The notes under the pieces are model-generated. The model was not told the DNA's origin. It searched no databases and worked only from the letters and a program-made list of their open reading frames with translations. A program made the translations under genes and the position numbers. From Patescibacteria group bacterium (GTDB taxonomy: Bacteria > Patescibacteriota > Patescibacteriia > UBA2591 > UBA4787), in contig JAQUSN010000001.1 of assembly GCA_028715115.1 (NCBI GenBank), forward strand, positions 385,746-449,745: 64,000 nucleotides of DNA, in the 5' to 3' direction. Shown here in pieces: positions 1 to 8,022 of this stretch; position 1 is the first letter of the stretch, and every line of letters begins with the position of its first letter.

Positions 1-723
1 AGCGATCCAGTCAATGATGTTGCTTTTTTGAAGATTAACAAAAAAGGATTAACCGAAGTCTCGCTGGGCGACTCTGATAAATTACAAATCGGCGAAAGCG
101 TCATCGCTATTGGTAACGCCTTGGGTGAATATCGCAACACCGTGACTCGCGGCATTGTTTCTGGCGTGGGTCGAAACGTAGTGGCCGGCAATGGTCTCGG
201 GCAAGCTGAATCGTTGGAAAATATTATTCAAACCGACGCGGCTATTAATCCGGGAAATTCCGGCGGACCATTAATTAATTTGAATGGGCAGGTTATTGGT
301 GTTAACGTAGCCACGAGTCAAGCTGGCCAGTTAATCGGTTTTGCTATTCCGATTAATCAGGTTAAGTCGGCTATTAGTAGCGTAAGGTTATCGGGAACAA
401 TAGTGCGGCCATATTTAGGCATAAGATATATTTTAATCAATGACGAAATTGCTAAAGAAAATAATTTAAGCGTAAATTATGGCGCCCTACTTACACGAGG
501 TCAAAGCGTTACAGAGTTAGCCGTGGTTCCTGGCGGACCGGCCGACAAAGCAGGACTAGTGGAAAACGACATTATTTTAGAAGTGAATGGACAGAAAGTT
601 GATCAAAATCATTCATTAGCGCAATTAGTCCAACAGCATAAAGTCGGCGACGTTTTGACGCTAAAGATTTTGCATGATGGCGCGCAAAGAACAATCAGAG
701 TAACATTAGAACAATTTAAATAA
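1..723 (+). CDS. HtrA/DegP-family trypsin-like serine protease with C-terminal PDZ domain; 5' end lies outside the window
   Basis: Frame-1 translation from nt 1 reads SDPVNDVAFLKIN (catalytic Asp region), followed by GNSGGPLINLNGQVIGVN (Ser motif) and a PDZ-like C-terminus. The ORF track starts at a TTG at 28, but the reading frame is open from nt 1. Confidence 0.85.
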   Translation, partial: SDPVNDVAFLKINKKGLTEVSLGDSDKLQIGESVIAIGNALGEYRNTVTRGIVSGVGRNVVAGNGLGQAESLENIIQTDAAINPGNSGGPLINLNGQVIGVNVATSQAGQLIGFAIPINQVKSAISSVRLSGTIVRPYLGIRYILINDEIAKENNLSVNYGALLTRGQSVTELAVVPGGPADKAGLVENDIILEVNGQKVDQNHSLAQLVQQHKVGDVLTLKILHDGAQRTIRVTLEQFK

Positions 724-744
724 AATAGTCACCTCTATTAATAA

Positions 745-779
745 AAGAGGGGCCGCTTAGGCGGCCCCCTTTCTTTTTC
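745..779 (+). terminator. Rho-independent terminator after the protease gene
   Basis: Hairpin GAGGGGCCGC-TTAG-GCGGCCCCCT followed by a TTTCTTTTT run. Confidence 0.6.
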
Positions 780-797
780 ACTTATTTTTGTTATTAT

Positions 798-1568
798 TTG
801 ATTATGGAAAATGTTTATCAATTTTTAAACGGCGAATACGATAAAAATAGCGTAGTGATTTCTTTTCACGCCGGCGTTGGCGGCACCGATGCGCAAGATT
901 GGACAGAGATGCTGCGGCGCATGTATTGGCGTTACGCCGAAAAGAAAAAATGGAAAGTTTATTTACTCGATGAATCGTGGGGAAGCGAAGCTGGCCTTAA
1001 AAGTTCGACACTTGAAATCGTCGGTTCTTATGCTTACGGACATTTAAAAAAAGAAGCCGGAGTGCATCGCTTAGTGCGCATTTCTCCTTTTGATGCGGAA
1101 AAAATGCGCCATACTTCTTTTGCTTTAGTTGATGTTTTGCCGGAAATTCCCAACCTCAAAATCGATATAAAAGATAAAGATCTAAAAATAGAATTTTATC
1201 GTGCTTCGGGTCATGGCGGTCAGAACGTGCAAAAAGTCGAATCGGCTGTGCGCCTTACCCACTTACCGACGAAAATTACAGTTAATTGTCAGGTGGAACG
1301 TTCACAGGCGCAGAATAAAGAACGAGCCATGAAAATTTTAGCTTCAAAATTATATCAATTTCATCAAGCCAAGCGCGAAGAAGAAAAAGAATTGCTTCGC
1401 GGCCGCGTCTTGCCGGCCTCTTGGGGCCATCAAGCGCGGTCTTATGTTTTGCATCCGTATAAAATGATTAAAGATCATCGCAGTAATTGGGAAACGAGTG
1501 ACGTTGACCGGATTTTAGACGGAAATTTAGACGATTTTGTTTTAGCCGAATTAAAACCAAAACAATGA
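798..1568 (+). CDS. prfB: Peptide chain release factor 2 homolog lacking N-terminal domain 1 (256 aa)
   Basis: Carries the SPF tripeptide (RISPFDAEK) and GGQ motif (SGHGGQNVQKVESAVRLTHLPT). The alignment starts at the RF2 domain 2 region (AGVGGTDAQDWTEMLRRMYWRY). The 74 nt upstream hold only a terminator, so there is no room for domain 1 and no CTTTGAC frameshift site. Confidence 0.8.
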   Translation: MIMENVYQFLNGEYDKNSVVISFHAGVGGTDAQDWTEMLRRMYWRYAEKKKWKVYLLDESWGSEAGLKSSTLEIVGSYAYGHLKKEAGVHRLVRISPFDAEKMRHTSFALVDVLPEIPNLKIDIKDKDLKIEFYRASGHGGQNVQKVESAVRLTHLPTKITVNCQVERSQAQNKERAMKILASKLYQFHQAKREEEKELLRGRVLPASWGHQARSYVLHPYKMIKDHRSNWETSDVDRILDGNLDDFVLAELKPKQ

Positions 1569-2140
1569 AGGATGTTAAGCCTCGCGTTACCATGTTCAAA
1601 AATTTTACCCTAACCAAAAAGTTGGTACTTTTTCTTTTTATTTGTTTGCTATTAGATTTTTTTCTAGTGCCGCAAATAAATATCATTTGCCGAGATAGGC
1701 AGGGCTTTGGTTTTAGCTATCAAACCGGCGAATCGCAGCAACGACTTAGTTTAATTAAATACGGTAGCGCGAGAATTATTTATAATTTTAGGCATTTTTT
1801 CGTTTTCTGGTCGAAAGCGCCATTTGGCAAAACATATCACAACTTAAATGAATTTTTGCATTTAGATAACAGCGCATTGTCATTTAATATTCTTCATTTT
1901 TTTGCCTTTCTTATTTTCGCTCTTGTTTTATTTTATTTTTTCCAGCTTAAAATATGGCAAGTTTTTCTTATCGGTTTGGGTTTTAATGTTTTTCACGAAT
2001 TTATTGCCGAAGGAATTTGTATAGATCCATCCTTTAATGATTTGTGGGTTAATATGATCGGATTACTGGTTGGCATAATGGCTTGGGAAATTTTCAATTT
2101 AATTCGGCAACATATTAGGTTTAAAAAATCGGCGGTTTAA
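1565..2140 (+). CDS. Hypothetical polytopic membrane protein, possibly VanZ-like
   Basis: Several hydrophobic helices; the HEFIAEG and DLWVNMIGLLVG motifs resemble the VanZ family; translationally coupled to prfB. Confidence 0.4.
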   Translation: MKDVKPRVTMFKNFTLTKKLVLFLFICLLLDFFLVPQINIICRDRQGFGFSYQTGESQQRLSLIKYGSARIIYNFRHFFVFWSKAPFGKTYHNLNEFLHLDNSALSFNILHFFAFLIFALVLFYFFQLKIWQVFLIGLGFNVFHEFIAEGICIDPSFNDLWVNMIGLLVGIMAWEIFNLIRQHIRFKKSAV

Positions 2141-2141
2141 T

Positions 2142-3638
2142 TTGCGCTTTATGGCCAAATTTTCCAAGGCCAAAGTTTTCACTTATCTTTTAATTGCTTT
2201 TATAGTCGGCGTCGGTTTGTCGTCCCTATTTCACCTATCGGTCTATTGGTTATGTTGGCCGACTCTAATCACGCTTTGGTTGATTATTTTCATTAAGTCG
2301 CGTTTAGTTAAAATTATCAGTTTGATAATTTTATTTTTTATTTTCGGGATTTGGCGCGCTCAATTGGCCTGGCCGAAAGTAAACGACCAGAACGTAGTTT
2401 TTTATAATGATCAAGAAGTTGTTTTAAAAGGCCTAATCAGCCAGGAGCCAATTCAACAAAGCAAACAAACCGTCATTATTGTTAGTGTAAAACAGGTCAA
2501 CGATCGGCCGGTTTTCGGGAAAATTTTAGTTAAGGTTCCCTTATTTGCGCCTTATCAATATGGCCAGGAATTACAAATCGATTGTAGGTTAATCACGCCG
2601 GAAAATTTTGGCCAATTTAATTATCAAAATTATTTAGCTAAAGATAATATTTGGTCGCTTTGCCAGAATCCGAAAGAAATAAAAATTTTAAGCCAAAATA
2701 GAGGTAATTGGCTATTAGTTAGAATTTACAATTTTAAACACGCGGCGCAAAAAATGATTAACGAGAATATGACTGAACCGCAGGGCGGGCTCTTTTCTTC
2801 ACTCTTGCTCGGCGCTGGCGGTTATCTGCCGCAAGATTTTCGTGACGCCTTAAGTAAAACCGGTACTTCACACATCGTGGCCGTTTCGGGCTTGCATATC
2901 GTGATCATGATCAGTTTAGTCGAGATAATTATTTTTTCGGTTTTTGGCATAAAAAGAAAACATGCCTTTTATTTAACCGCGTTTTTTATTATTATTTACG
3001 TTATTCTCACCGGCTTGGCCGCCTCAGCTGTTCGCGCCGGCATTATGGGTATACTGTTATTATTTGCCAAAAAAATTGGCCGTGACTATCAGGCCGGTAA
3101 CGCGATTTTTTTAGTCGCGGCCTTAATGTTAATTTTTAATCCTTTCCTGTTGCTCTGGGACGTGGGTTGGCAATTGTCGTTTTTATCAATTTTAGGTTTG
3201 ATTTATTTATCACCGCGCTTCCAGGTTTTATTGATTAAAATTCCTGATTTTAAAATTTGGCCGATTCGCTCGTATCTAGTGGCGACGTTTAGCGCTTATT
3301 TATTCACCCTACCTTTAATACTTTATTATTTTGGCAATTTATCTTTAAGCGCGCCCTTAGCAAATTCTTTGGTTTTGGGATTTTTCCCGTGGGTTATGAT
3401 GAGCGGTTTTATTTTCATTTTAACCGGTCTAGCTTGGCCGTTTTTGATAAAAATTTTAGTTTGGCCGATTTGGCTTATTCTGACTTATGTGATAAAGATT
3501 ATAGACTTTTTTGCGCAAGTGACATGGTTATCTTGGCATTTGGGAGGATTCTCTTTGGTTTGGATTATTTTTTATTTTATCGTTTTAATTATTATTTTAA
3601 AATCTTTCCTTAAAAAACAAAATGCCCCTACCGGTTGA
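2142..3638 (+). CDS. comEC: ComEC/Rec2 competence channel, N-terminal membrane (competence) domain
   Basis: Motif SHIVAVSGLHIVIM and multiple transmembrane helices; ends at TGA 3636-3638, followed closely by a second in-frame stop. Confidence 0.75.
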   Translation: MRFMAKFSKAKVFTYLLIAFIVGVGLSSLFHLSVYWLCWPTLITLWLIIFIKSRLVKIISLIILFFIFGIWRAQLAWPKVNDQNVVFYNDQEVVLKGLISQEPIQQSKQTVIIVSVKQVNDRPVFGKILVKVPLFAPYQYGQELQIDCRLITPENFGQFNYQNYLAKDNIWSLCQNPKEIKILSQNRGNWLLVRIYNFKHAAQKMINENMTEPQGGLFSSLLLGAGGYLPQDFRDALSKTGTSHIVAVSGLHIVIMISLVEIIIFSVFGIKRKHAFYLTAFFIIIYVILTGLAASAVRAGIMGILLLFAKKIGRDYQAGNAIFLVAALMLIFNPFLLLWDVGWQLSFLSILGLIYLSPRFQVLLIKIPDFKIWPIRSYLVATFSAYLFTLPLILYYFGNLSLSAPLANSLVLGFFPWVMMSGFIFILTGLAWPFLIKILVWPIWLILTYVIKIIDFFAQVTWLSWHLGGFSLVWIIFYFIVLIIILKSFLKKQNAPTG

Positions 3639-3743
3639 ACAAAAAATTAATAAAAAATTATTAGGCGCGATTCTGATTTTAGCCGGAGTTTTATTTGTCG
3701 ACATTTTATTAATAATTATTTTTTTTTACCCGACCATCAAGCC

Positions 3744-4526
3744 TTGCCTCAAACGGGCGATGATAAAATTATTTTTCTTGATGTCGGGCAGGGCGATTCA
3801 ATTTTAATTGAATCTGCTCAAGGCCATAATATTTTGATTGACGGTGGGCCAAGTAAAGAAATTAGTTATAAATTAGATCAATATTTGCCGCTGACTAATA
3901 GAAAAATTGATATCATGATTTTAACCCACCCCGATCCTGACCATTTAAATGGGTTAGTAGAGGTTATAAAAAGATATCAAGTTAATCAGATTTATAGTAA
4001 CGGCGTTTATGATCCGGATTTAAATTATCTAGAGTGGCAAGGGGTAATTATAGAAAAAAACATTCCGTTTAGTTATATTACGCATCCCATGCAGTTGGCG
4101 ATAGACAGTCGGGTTTTTGTTGATTTTTTATGGCCGCGGCAAAACTATATTAATCAATCTCTTAAAGATGATAACATTGCTTCCGTTGTAACCAAATTTG
4201 ACATTAACGGTCATAAATTTTTATTAACCGGCGATTTGCCCAGCGAAGAAGAGGGTGAATTACTGGCGACCAAAACTGACCCAATAGCTGAAGTTTTAAA
4301 AATTGCGCATCACGGTTCGAAATATTCGACTAGCAATAATTTTTTAGCATTAGTTAAGCCCAGTTATGCAGTAATTTCTGTCGGCAAAAATAGTTTCGGC
4401 CATCCCAGTTTTCGCGTTTTGAATTCTCTGCAAAAAATCAACACTTCTCCCTTGCGCACTGACGAGAAGGGTGATATAATCTTTTTCATTAATCAAAGTG
4501 GTCTGCGAGTACAGACCGCTAAATAA
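3744..4526 (+). CDS. comEC: ComEC C-terminal metallo-beta-lactamase domain, in the same frame as 2142..3638 but separated by stops and a +1-frame bridging ORF (3622..3807)
   Basis: FLDVGQGDSILIE and the HxHxDH motif ILTHPDPDHLNGL, followed by AHHGS. Confidence 0.75.
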   Translation: MPQTGDDKIIFLDVGQGDSILIESAQGHNILIDGGPSKEISYKLDQYLPLTNRKIDIMILTHPDPDHLNGLVEVIKRYQVNQIYSNGVYDPDLNYLEWQGVIIEKNIPFSYITHPMQLAIDSRVFVDFLWPRQNYINQSLKDDNIASVVTKFDINGHKFLLTGDLPSEEEGELLATKTDPIAEVLKIAHHGSKYSTSNNFLALVKPSYAVISVGKNSFGHPSFRVLNSLQKINTSPLRTDEKGDIIFFINQSGLRVQTAK

Positions 4527-4542
4527 TTTAATAAAATTTTTT

Positions 4543-5616
4543 ATGAAAGGAATAGAGTTTCCCTTATTTAAAACTAAGGTAGTCGGCGTAAGTGAAAAAT
4601 TTATGCTCGAAGATCCGGCTGAACGACGTAAATATTTTCAAGCTAAGGCCGGTGCGGAAATTAATAAGATTAAAGAGTATTTGGCAAACAATACTTTTGT
4701 GGCCTTTTTGTTGGGTAAAAAAAATTCTGGTAAAGGTACTTATTCAAAATTATTCATTGAAGCCGTTGGTTCTGATCGGGTGGCTCATTTATCGGTCGGA
4801 GATATTGTTCGCAGCGCCGACCAAGCCCTTCGTGATGAAAAAAGCAAACAAGAGTTGACGGAATACTTAAAGAAAAATTATCGCGGTTTTATTACCGTTG
4901 AAGAAGTGGTAGAGAGAATCTTGGGCCGTTCGACGTCTGGGCTTTTGCCAACCGAAGCGATTTTGGCACTTATTGAGCGCGAGATTGATCATTTAGGGCG
5001 CAAGGCAGTCTTTATTGATGGCTTTCCTCGTAATCTTGATCAGATTTCTTATTCAATATTTTTTAGAACATTAATGGGCTATCGAGATGATCCTGACTTT
5101 TTCGTTTTCATCGATTTGCCCGAATCGGTCATCGACGAGAGATTAAAATATCGCGTCATTTGCCCGAAGTGCAAAACGCCGCGCAACATTAAATTATTAC
5201 GTACTAAAAATATCGGTTATGATGTTGGGAATAATAGTTTTTATTTAATGTGTGATAATCCTAATTGCGGTGGTGTGCGCATGGTTCCGAAAGAAGGAGA
5301 CGAGCTTGGTATCGAAGCTATTCGTGACCGCATGGAAATCGACGATAAGGTTATGAGAATGTTGACCGACTTACAGGGCGTACCGAAGGTTTATCTTCGC
5401 AATTCCATTCCGGTCGATGAAGCAAAAAACTACGTCGACGATTATGAAATCACTCCAGCTTATCGTTTCGAGTGCGATAAGGCCAGTGGCGGCGTAAAAG
5501 TAATAGAAGAGCCATGGACAACCAAAGACGATAATGGAAAATTGTCTTATAGCTTATTGCCTGCGCCGGTAGCCGTGGCTATGATTAAACAAATAGTTCA
5601 AGTCCTGGGATTATAA
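4543..5616 (+). CDS. Extended adenylate-kinase-family paralog with zinc-LID (about 358 aa)
   Basis: P-loop GKKNSGKGT, LSVGDIVR (AMP-binding STGDhhR-like), DGFPRN, and LID CPKC...x...CDNPNC. It has about 70-aa N-terminal and about 80-aa C-terminal extensions. The track ORF starts at 4498 and overlaps comEC, so the Met at 4543 is preferred. Confidence 0.65.
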   Translation: MKGIEFPLFKTKVVGVSEKFMLEDPAERRKYFQAKAGAEINKIKEYLANNTFVAFLLGKKNSGKGTYSKLFIEAVGSDRVAHLSVGDIVRSADQALRDEKSKQELTEYLKKNYRGFITVEEVVERILGRSTSGLLPTEAILALIEREIDHLGRKAVFIDGFPRNLDQISYSIFFRTLMGYRDDPDFFVFIDLPESVIDERLKYRVICPKCKTPRNIKLLRTKNIGYDVGNNSFYLMCDNPNCGGVRMVPKEGDELGIEAIRDRMEIDDKVMRMLTDLQGVPKVYLRNSIPVDEAKNYVDDYEITPAYRFECDKASGGVKVIEEPWTTKDDNGKLSYSLLPAPVAVAMIKQIVQVLGL

Positions 5617-5703
5617 ATATTATTAGTTAACTTAATAAACTAAAATCCACTCGATATGAGTGGATTTTAGTATTGACCCACACAAAATTTTTGGTGTGGG
5701 GAG

Positions 5704-5731
5704 TTGACAAAACAACAATCTTTGTTATAAT
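5704..5731 (+). promoter_or_regulatory. Sigma-70-type promoter (TTGACA-16-TATAAT) driving the high-GC island
   Basis: TTGACA at 5704-5709 and TATAAT at 5726-5731; a GGAGGT RBS lies 5 nt before the ATG at 5816. Confidence 0.55.
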
Positions 5732-5815
5732 TATTTTGGTCAGTAGACGCTGGCCACAATAGGAGGTTAGCTGAACTGACGAATTCAGAACAAACCCAGA
5801 TTTACATCATCGGAG

Positions 5816-6343
5816 GTGCAAATGATTGTGTCGGCGGTAAACGTTTTCCGTCCCGGTGGTCCGCCCTGGACCGCGGCAGAAGCCAGGCGGCTGGCAAGAG
5901 CCTTAAATCGCGCAAGATACGTGCTTCGTGATACCGGAGCAGTGGTGATCGAAACCACCCAGAGTGGATGCGTGGTCAGTGGGGTTCTTAAGAGTCTGGA
6001 GTTACCCGGACGAGCCGAGATGATAGATCTAGCCGGCGAGGAGTACAAGGACCTTTTTGGCCCGAAGTATACCTCGACGCACATTCGGCGCGACCATGGC
6101 GATTGGTCTCTGGAAGAGCTGTCTGAACTTCGGAGACTGTTTGAGTGCCGCGCGGAGATCCACCCCACAGACCCGACGATAGCAGTCCTAAATAGGCTCG
6201 TTTGGCCGATGGCGGCCTGCAGAGCCTTAATCAAGGTGGGACTCGGCGTTGCAGATCCTATCACCGAAGCCGTAAGGCGGCTTTTTCTCCCCGAGCTTCA
6301 CACTCAGCTCTTTCCGCCCTTTCCGCTCCAACCCGAAGCCTGA
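5816..6343 (+). CDS. Hypothetical protein encoded in a roughly 62% GC island (possibly a non-coding RNA instead)
   Basis: A strong RBS and promoter are present, but GC3 is not elevated over overall GC, and an antisense ORF (5785..6264) is equally open. Coding status is uncertain. Confidence 0.35.
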   Translation: MQMIVSAVNVFRPGGPPWTAAEARRLARALNRARYVLRDTGAVVIETTQSGCVVSGVLKSLELPGRAEMIDLAGEEYKDLFGPKYTSTHIRRDHGDWSLEELSELRRLFECRAEIHPTDPTIAVLNRLVWPMAACRALIKVGLGVADPITEAVRRLFLPELHTQLFPPFPLQPEA

Positions 6344-6420
6344 TTCAGTTCGGCACACAGCCGGTCCACCTCCGTGGATCGGCTCTGCCTTTCAAAAAGA
6401 TGTTTGAATAACTTAATAAC

Positions 6421-6450
6421 AAAAGTAGGCGAGAGGCCTACTTTTAAATA
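6421..6450 (+). terminator. Rho-independent terminator ending the high-GC island
   Basis: AAAAGTAGGC-GAGAG-GCCTACTTTT hairpin plus an A/T tail. Confidence 0.55.
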
Positions 6451-6472
6451 TAAATCAAAGTAATTTTATATC

Positions 6473-6535
6473 GGGGTGCGGATCCGCCTTCGCCAGTTGG
6501 CGAATGGCGGACGACCATACCCCCGCCTGCCATCG
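6473..6535. repeat. GC-rich palindromic hairpin element (core TTCGCCAGTTGGCGAA)
   Basis: GGGGTGCGGATCCGCCTTCGCCAGTTGGCGAATGGCGGACGACCATACCCCC; the same core occurs at 17907 and related cores at 12450, 20475, 26120, 51497 and 57294. Confidence 0.5.
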
Positions 6536-6541
6536 CCTTAA

Positions 6542-6612
6542 TCGGGGTACTGGGAATTGAACCCAGGCTACACCCACCCCAAGGGTGCGGACTACCGTTA
6601 TCCGATACCCCG
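6542..6612 (-). tRNA. tRNA-Pro (anticodon GGG)
   Basis: The reverse complement folds as CGGGGTA/TACCCCG acceptor, GGAT..GTCC D-arm, anticodon stem CACCC/GGGTG with loop TTGGGGT, and T-arm CTGGG-TTCAATT-CCCAG; no CCA is encoded. Confidence 0.85.
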
Positions 6613-6699
6613 GCTCAGGCAATGGCGGGCAGGTATCTCAGGGGTACGCCTGCCTGCCGGTAGGCAGGTACTACCGTTATACTACACCCCGACAACGAT

Positions 6700-6879
6700 T
6701 TACTTTTTGTTTTTTTTCTTCAGGGTTTTAAGGCAGGAATTGCAGGCGGTAATCTTTTTGCCGTTGATTGTAGCGGTTTGTAAATTTAAAAGCTGTCGTC
6801 TTTTTGAAGCGATCATTGAATGTGAACGAGAAAAACTGGCTTTCGGCCCGCGGCCGCAGATAGGACATGTTTTAGACAT
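6700..6879 (-). CDS. rpmB: Ribosomal protein L28 (59 aa, zinc-ribbon type); absent from the ORF track
   Basis: Minus-strand translation gives MSKTCPICGRGPKASFSRSHSMIASKRRQLLNLQTATINGKKITACNSCLKTLKKKNKK*. The KRRxxPNLQ-like core and CxxC..CxxC pattern fit L28. Confidence 0.8.
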   Translation of the reverse strand: MSKTCPICGRGPKASFSRSHSMIASKRRQLLNLQTATINGKKITACNSCLKTLKKKNKK

Positions 6880-6982
6880 AAAATGATAGAATTATTAATT
6901 AGACATTAATTAAGATTGATTTAAATTATAATAGGTTTATAATAATTTGACAAGAGCTATTATTGCATTTTAAAATGAATAT

Positions 6983-7600
6983 ATGACCACAACAGGAATT
7001 TTTATTTCATTTTTTGTTATTGTTGTTCCTTCGGCAATTTTACACGAATTTTCACATGCGTGGATGGCTTATTATTTAGGAGATGACACGGCCAAGCGCG
7101 CTGGACGATTAACGCTTAATCCTTTGCCGCATATTGATTTATTCGGGACGATTCTTCTGCCGATTGTTTTTTTATTAAGCGGCATTCCGTTTATTTTTGC
7201 TTATGCCAAGCCGGTTCCTTATAATCCCTATAATCTTCGCAATCAGCGGATCGGTCCGGCTTTAGTAGGCCTAGCCGGCCCTTTGTCTAATTTGTTGGTG
7301 GCAGTTATTTTTGGTATTTTACTTAGATTTTTACCGGTCGGCAGTTTCGTCGCTCTTTATTACATAATTTATATTAATATTTTATTGGCCGTTTTCAATT
7401 TAGTGCCGATTCCGCCACTTGACGGTTCAAAGGTTTTATATGCTTTAATGCCGGATAGTTGGATGAAGGTAAAAATATTTTTGGAACGATACGGAATTAT
7501 TTTAGTTTTAATTTTTATCTTTTTTGCTTTTCAAATTATTCAGCCGATTATTTCCTTTCTATACCACTTGATTGTTGGAAGTTTTCCCCAGGGCCTTTAA
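6983..7600 (+). CDS. Peptidase M50 (site-2 protease family) zinc metalloprotease, membrane
   Basis: HExxH-type motif ILHEFSHAWMA, NPLPHIDLFG, and multiple transmembrane helices. Confidence 0.75.
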   Translation: MTTTGIFISFFVIVVPSAILHEFSHAWMAYYLGDDTAKRAGRLTLNPLPHIDLFGTILLPIVFLLSGIPFIFAYAKPVPYNPYNLRNQRIGPALVGLAGPLSNLLVAVIFGILLRFLPVGSFVALYYIIYINILLAVFNLVPIPPLDGSKVLYALMPDSWMKVKIFLERYGIILVLIFIFFAFQIIQPIISFLYHLIVGSFPQGL

Positions 7601-7618
7601 GAAATTAAGACAAAGCCC

Positions 7619-7646
7619 TTGACTTTAAAATTGGTTTAGTTATAAT
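7619..7646 (+). promoter_or_regulatory. Sigma-70-type promoter upstream of a long structured leader of the str operon
   Basis: TTGACT-16-TATAAT; followed by about 370 nt of non-coding, hairpin-rich sequence before rpsL. Confidence 0.5.
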
Positions 7647-8022
7647 AATTATCGCCTAATATTTAGTTAATAATGCTAATCTTAAAAATTATTATGCTAA
7701 CCCGCCTGCCAAAGCCACCCTTTGGAAAAATGGGTGGTTTATTAAATAAATTTGAAAATATTAGAACTTAAAATTTATTGCAGATTGGCAATTGGCGGGG
7801 CAGGTCTACAGATTGCTAATAAGCTAGATTCGTGATTCGCATTATTAGCATAAGCAAGTGGATTAGCATTTTATATTTTATGCCAGGCAGTAGAAGTTTG
7901 ATAGTACCTTGGTTTCGCACTACTCGGACTAATCTATTTTAAAATCATTTAAATTATTTATTTCTTAATTTGCGCCCTTAAAATCGCACTAATTAAGAAG
8001 CATTAAGCTTTCGCTATTCGGT

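Noticed and set aside
3636-3650. Possible UGA recoding (alternative genetic code) to explain the ComEC break
   Set aside because: A TAA follows four codons later in the same frame, and all ribosomal-protein genes read cleanly with code 11. Frameshift or genuine split is more likely.
3389-4858. Nested small ORFs 3389..3613 and 4592..4858
   Set aside because: They lie fully inside the longer comEC and AK-like frames and are out of frame with conserved motifs.
5785-6264. 159-aa minus-strand ORF antisense to the high-GC island
   Set aside because: It lies in GC-rich sequence where stop codons are rare, it has no RBS, and it fully overlaps the plus-strand frame, which does have a promoter and RBS. 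Treated as a compositional artefact.
5740-6420. tmRNA, RNase P RNA or a group II intron as the identity of the high-GC island
   Set aside because: No tRNA-like T-arm/CCA end, no P4 GGAAAGUCCGG-type motif and no domain V-like hairpin were visible by eye. The question is left open pending covariance-model scans.
6557-6886. 109-aa plus-strand ORF
   Set aside because: It runs through tRNA-Pro (6542-6612) and is antisense to the well-supported rpmB gene. Treated as spurious.
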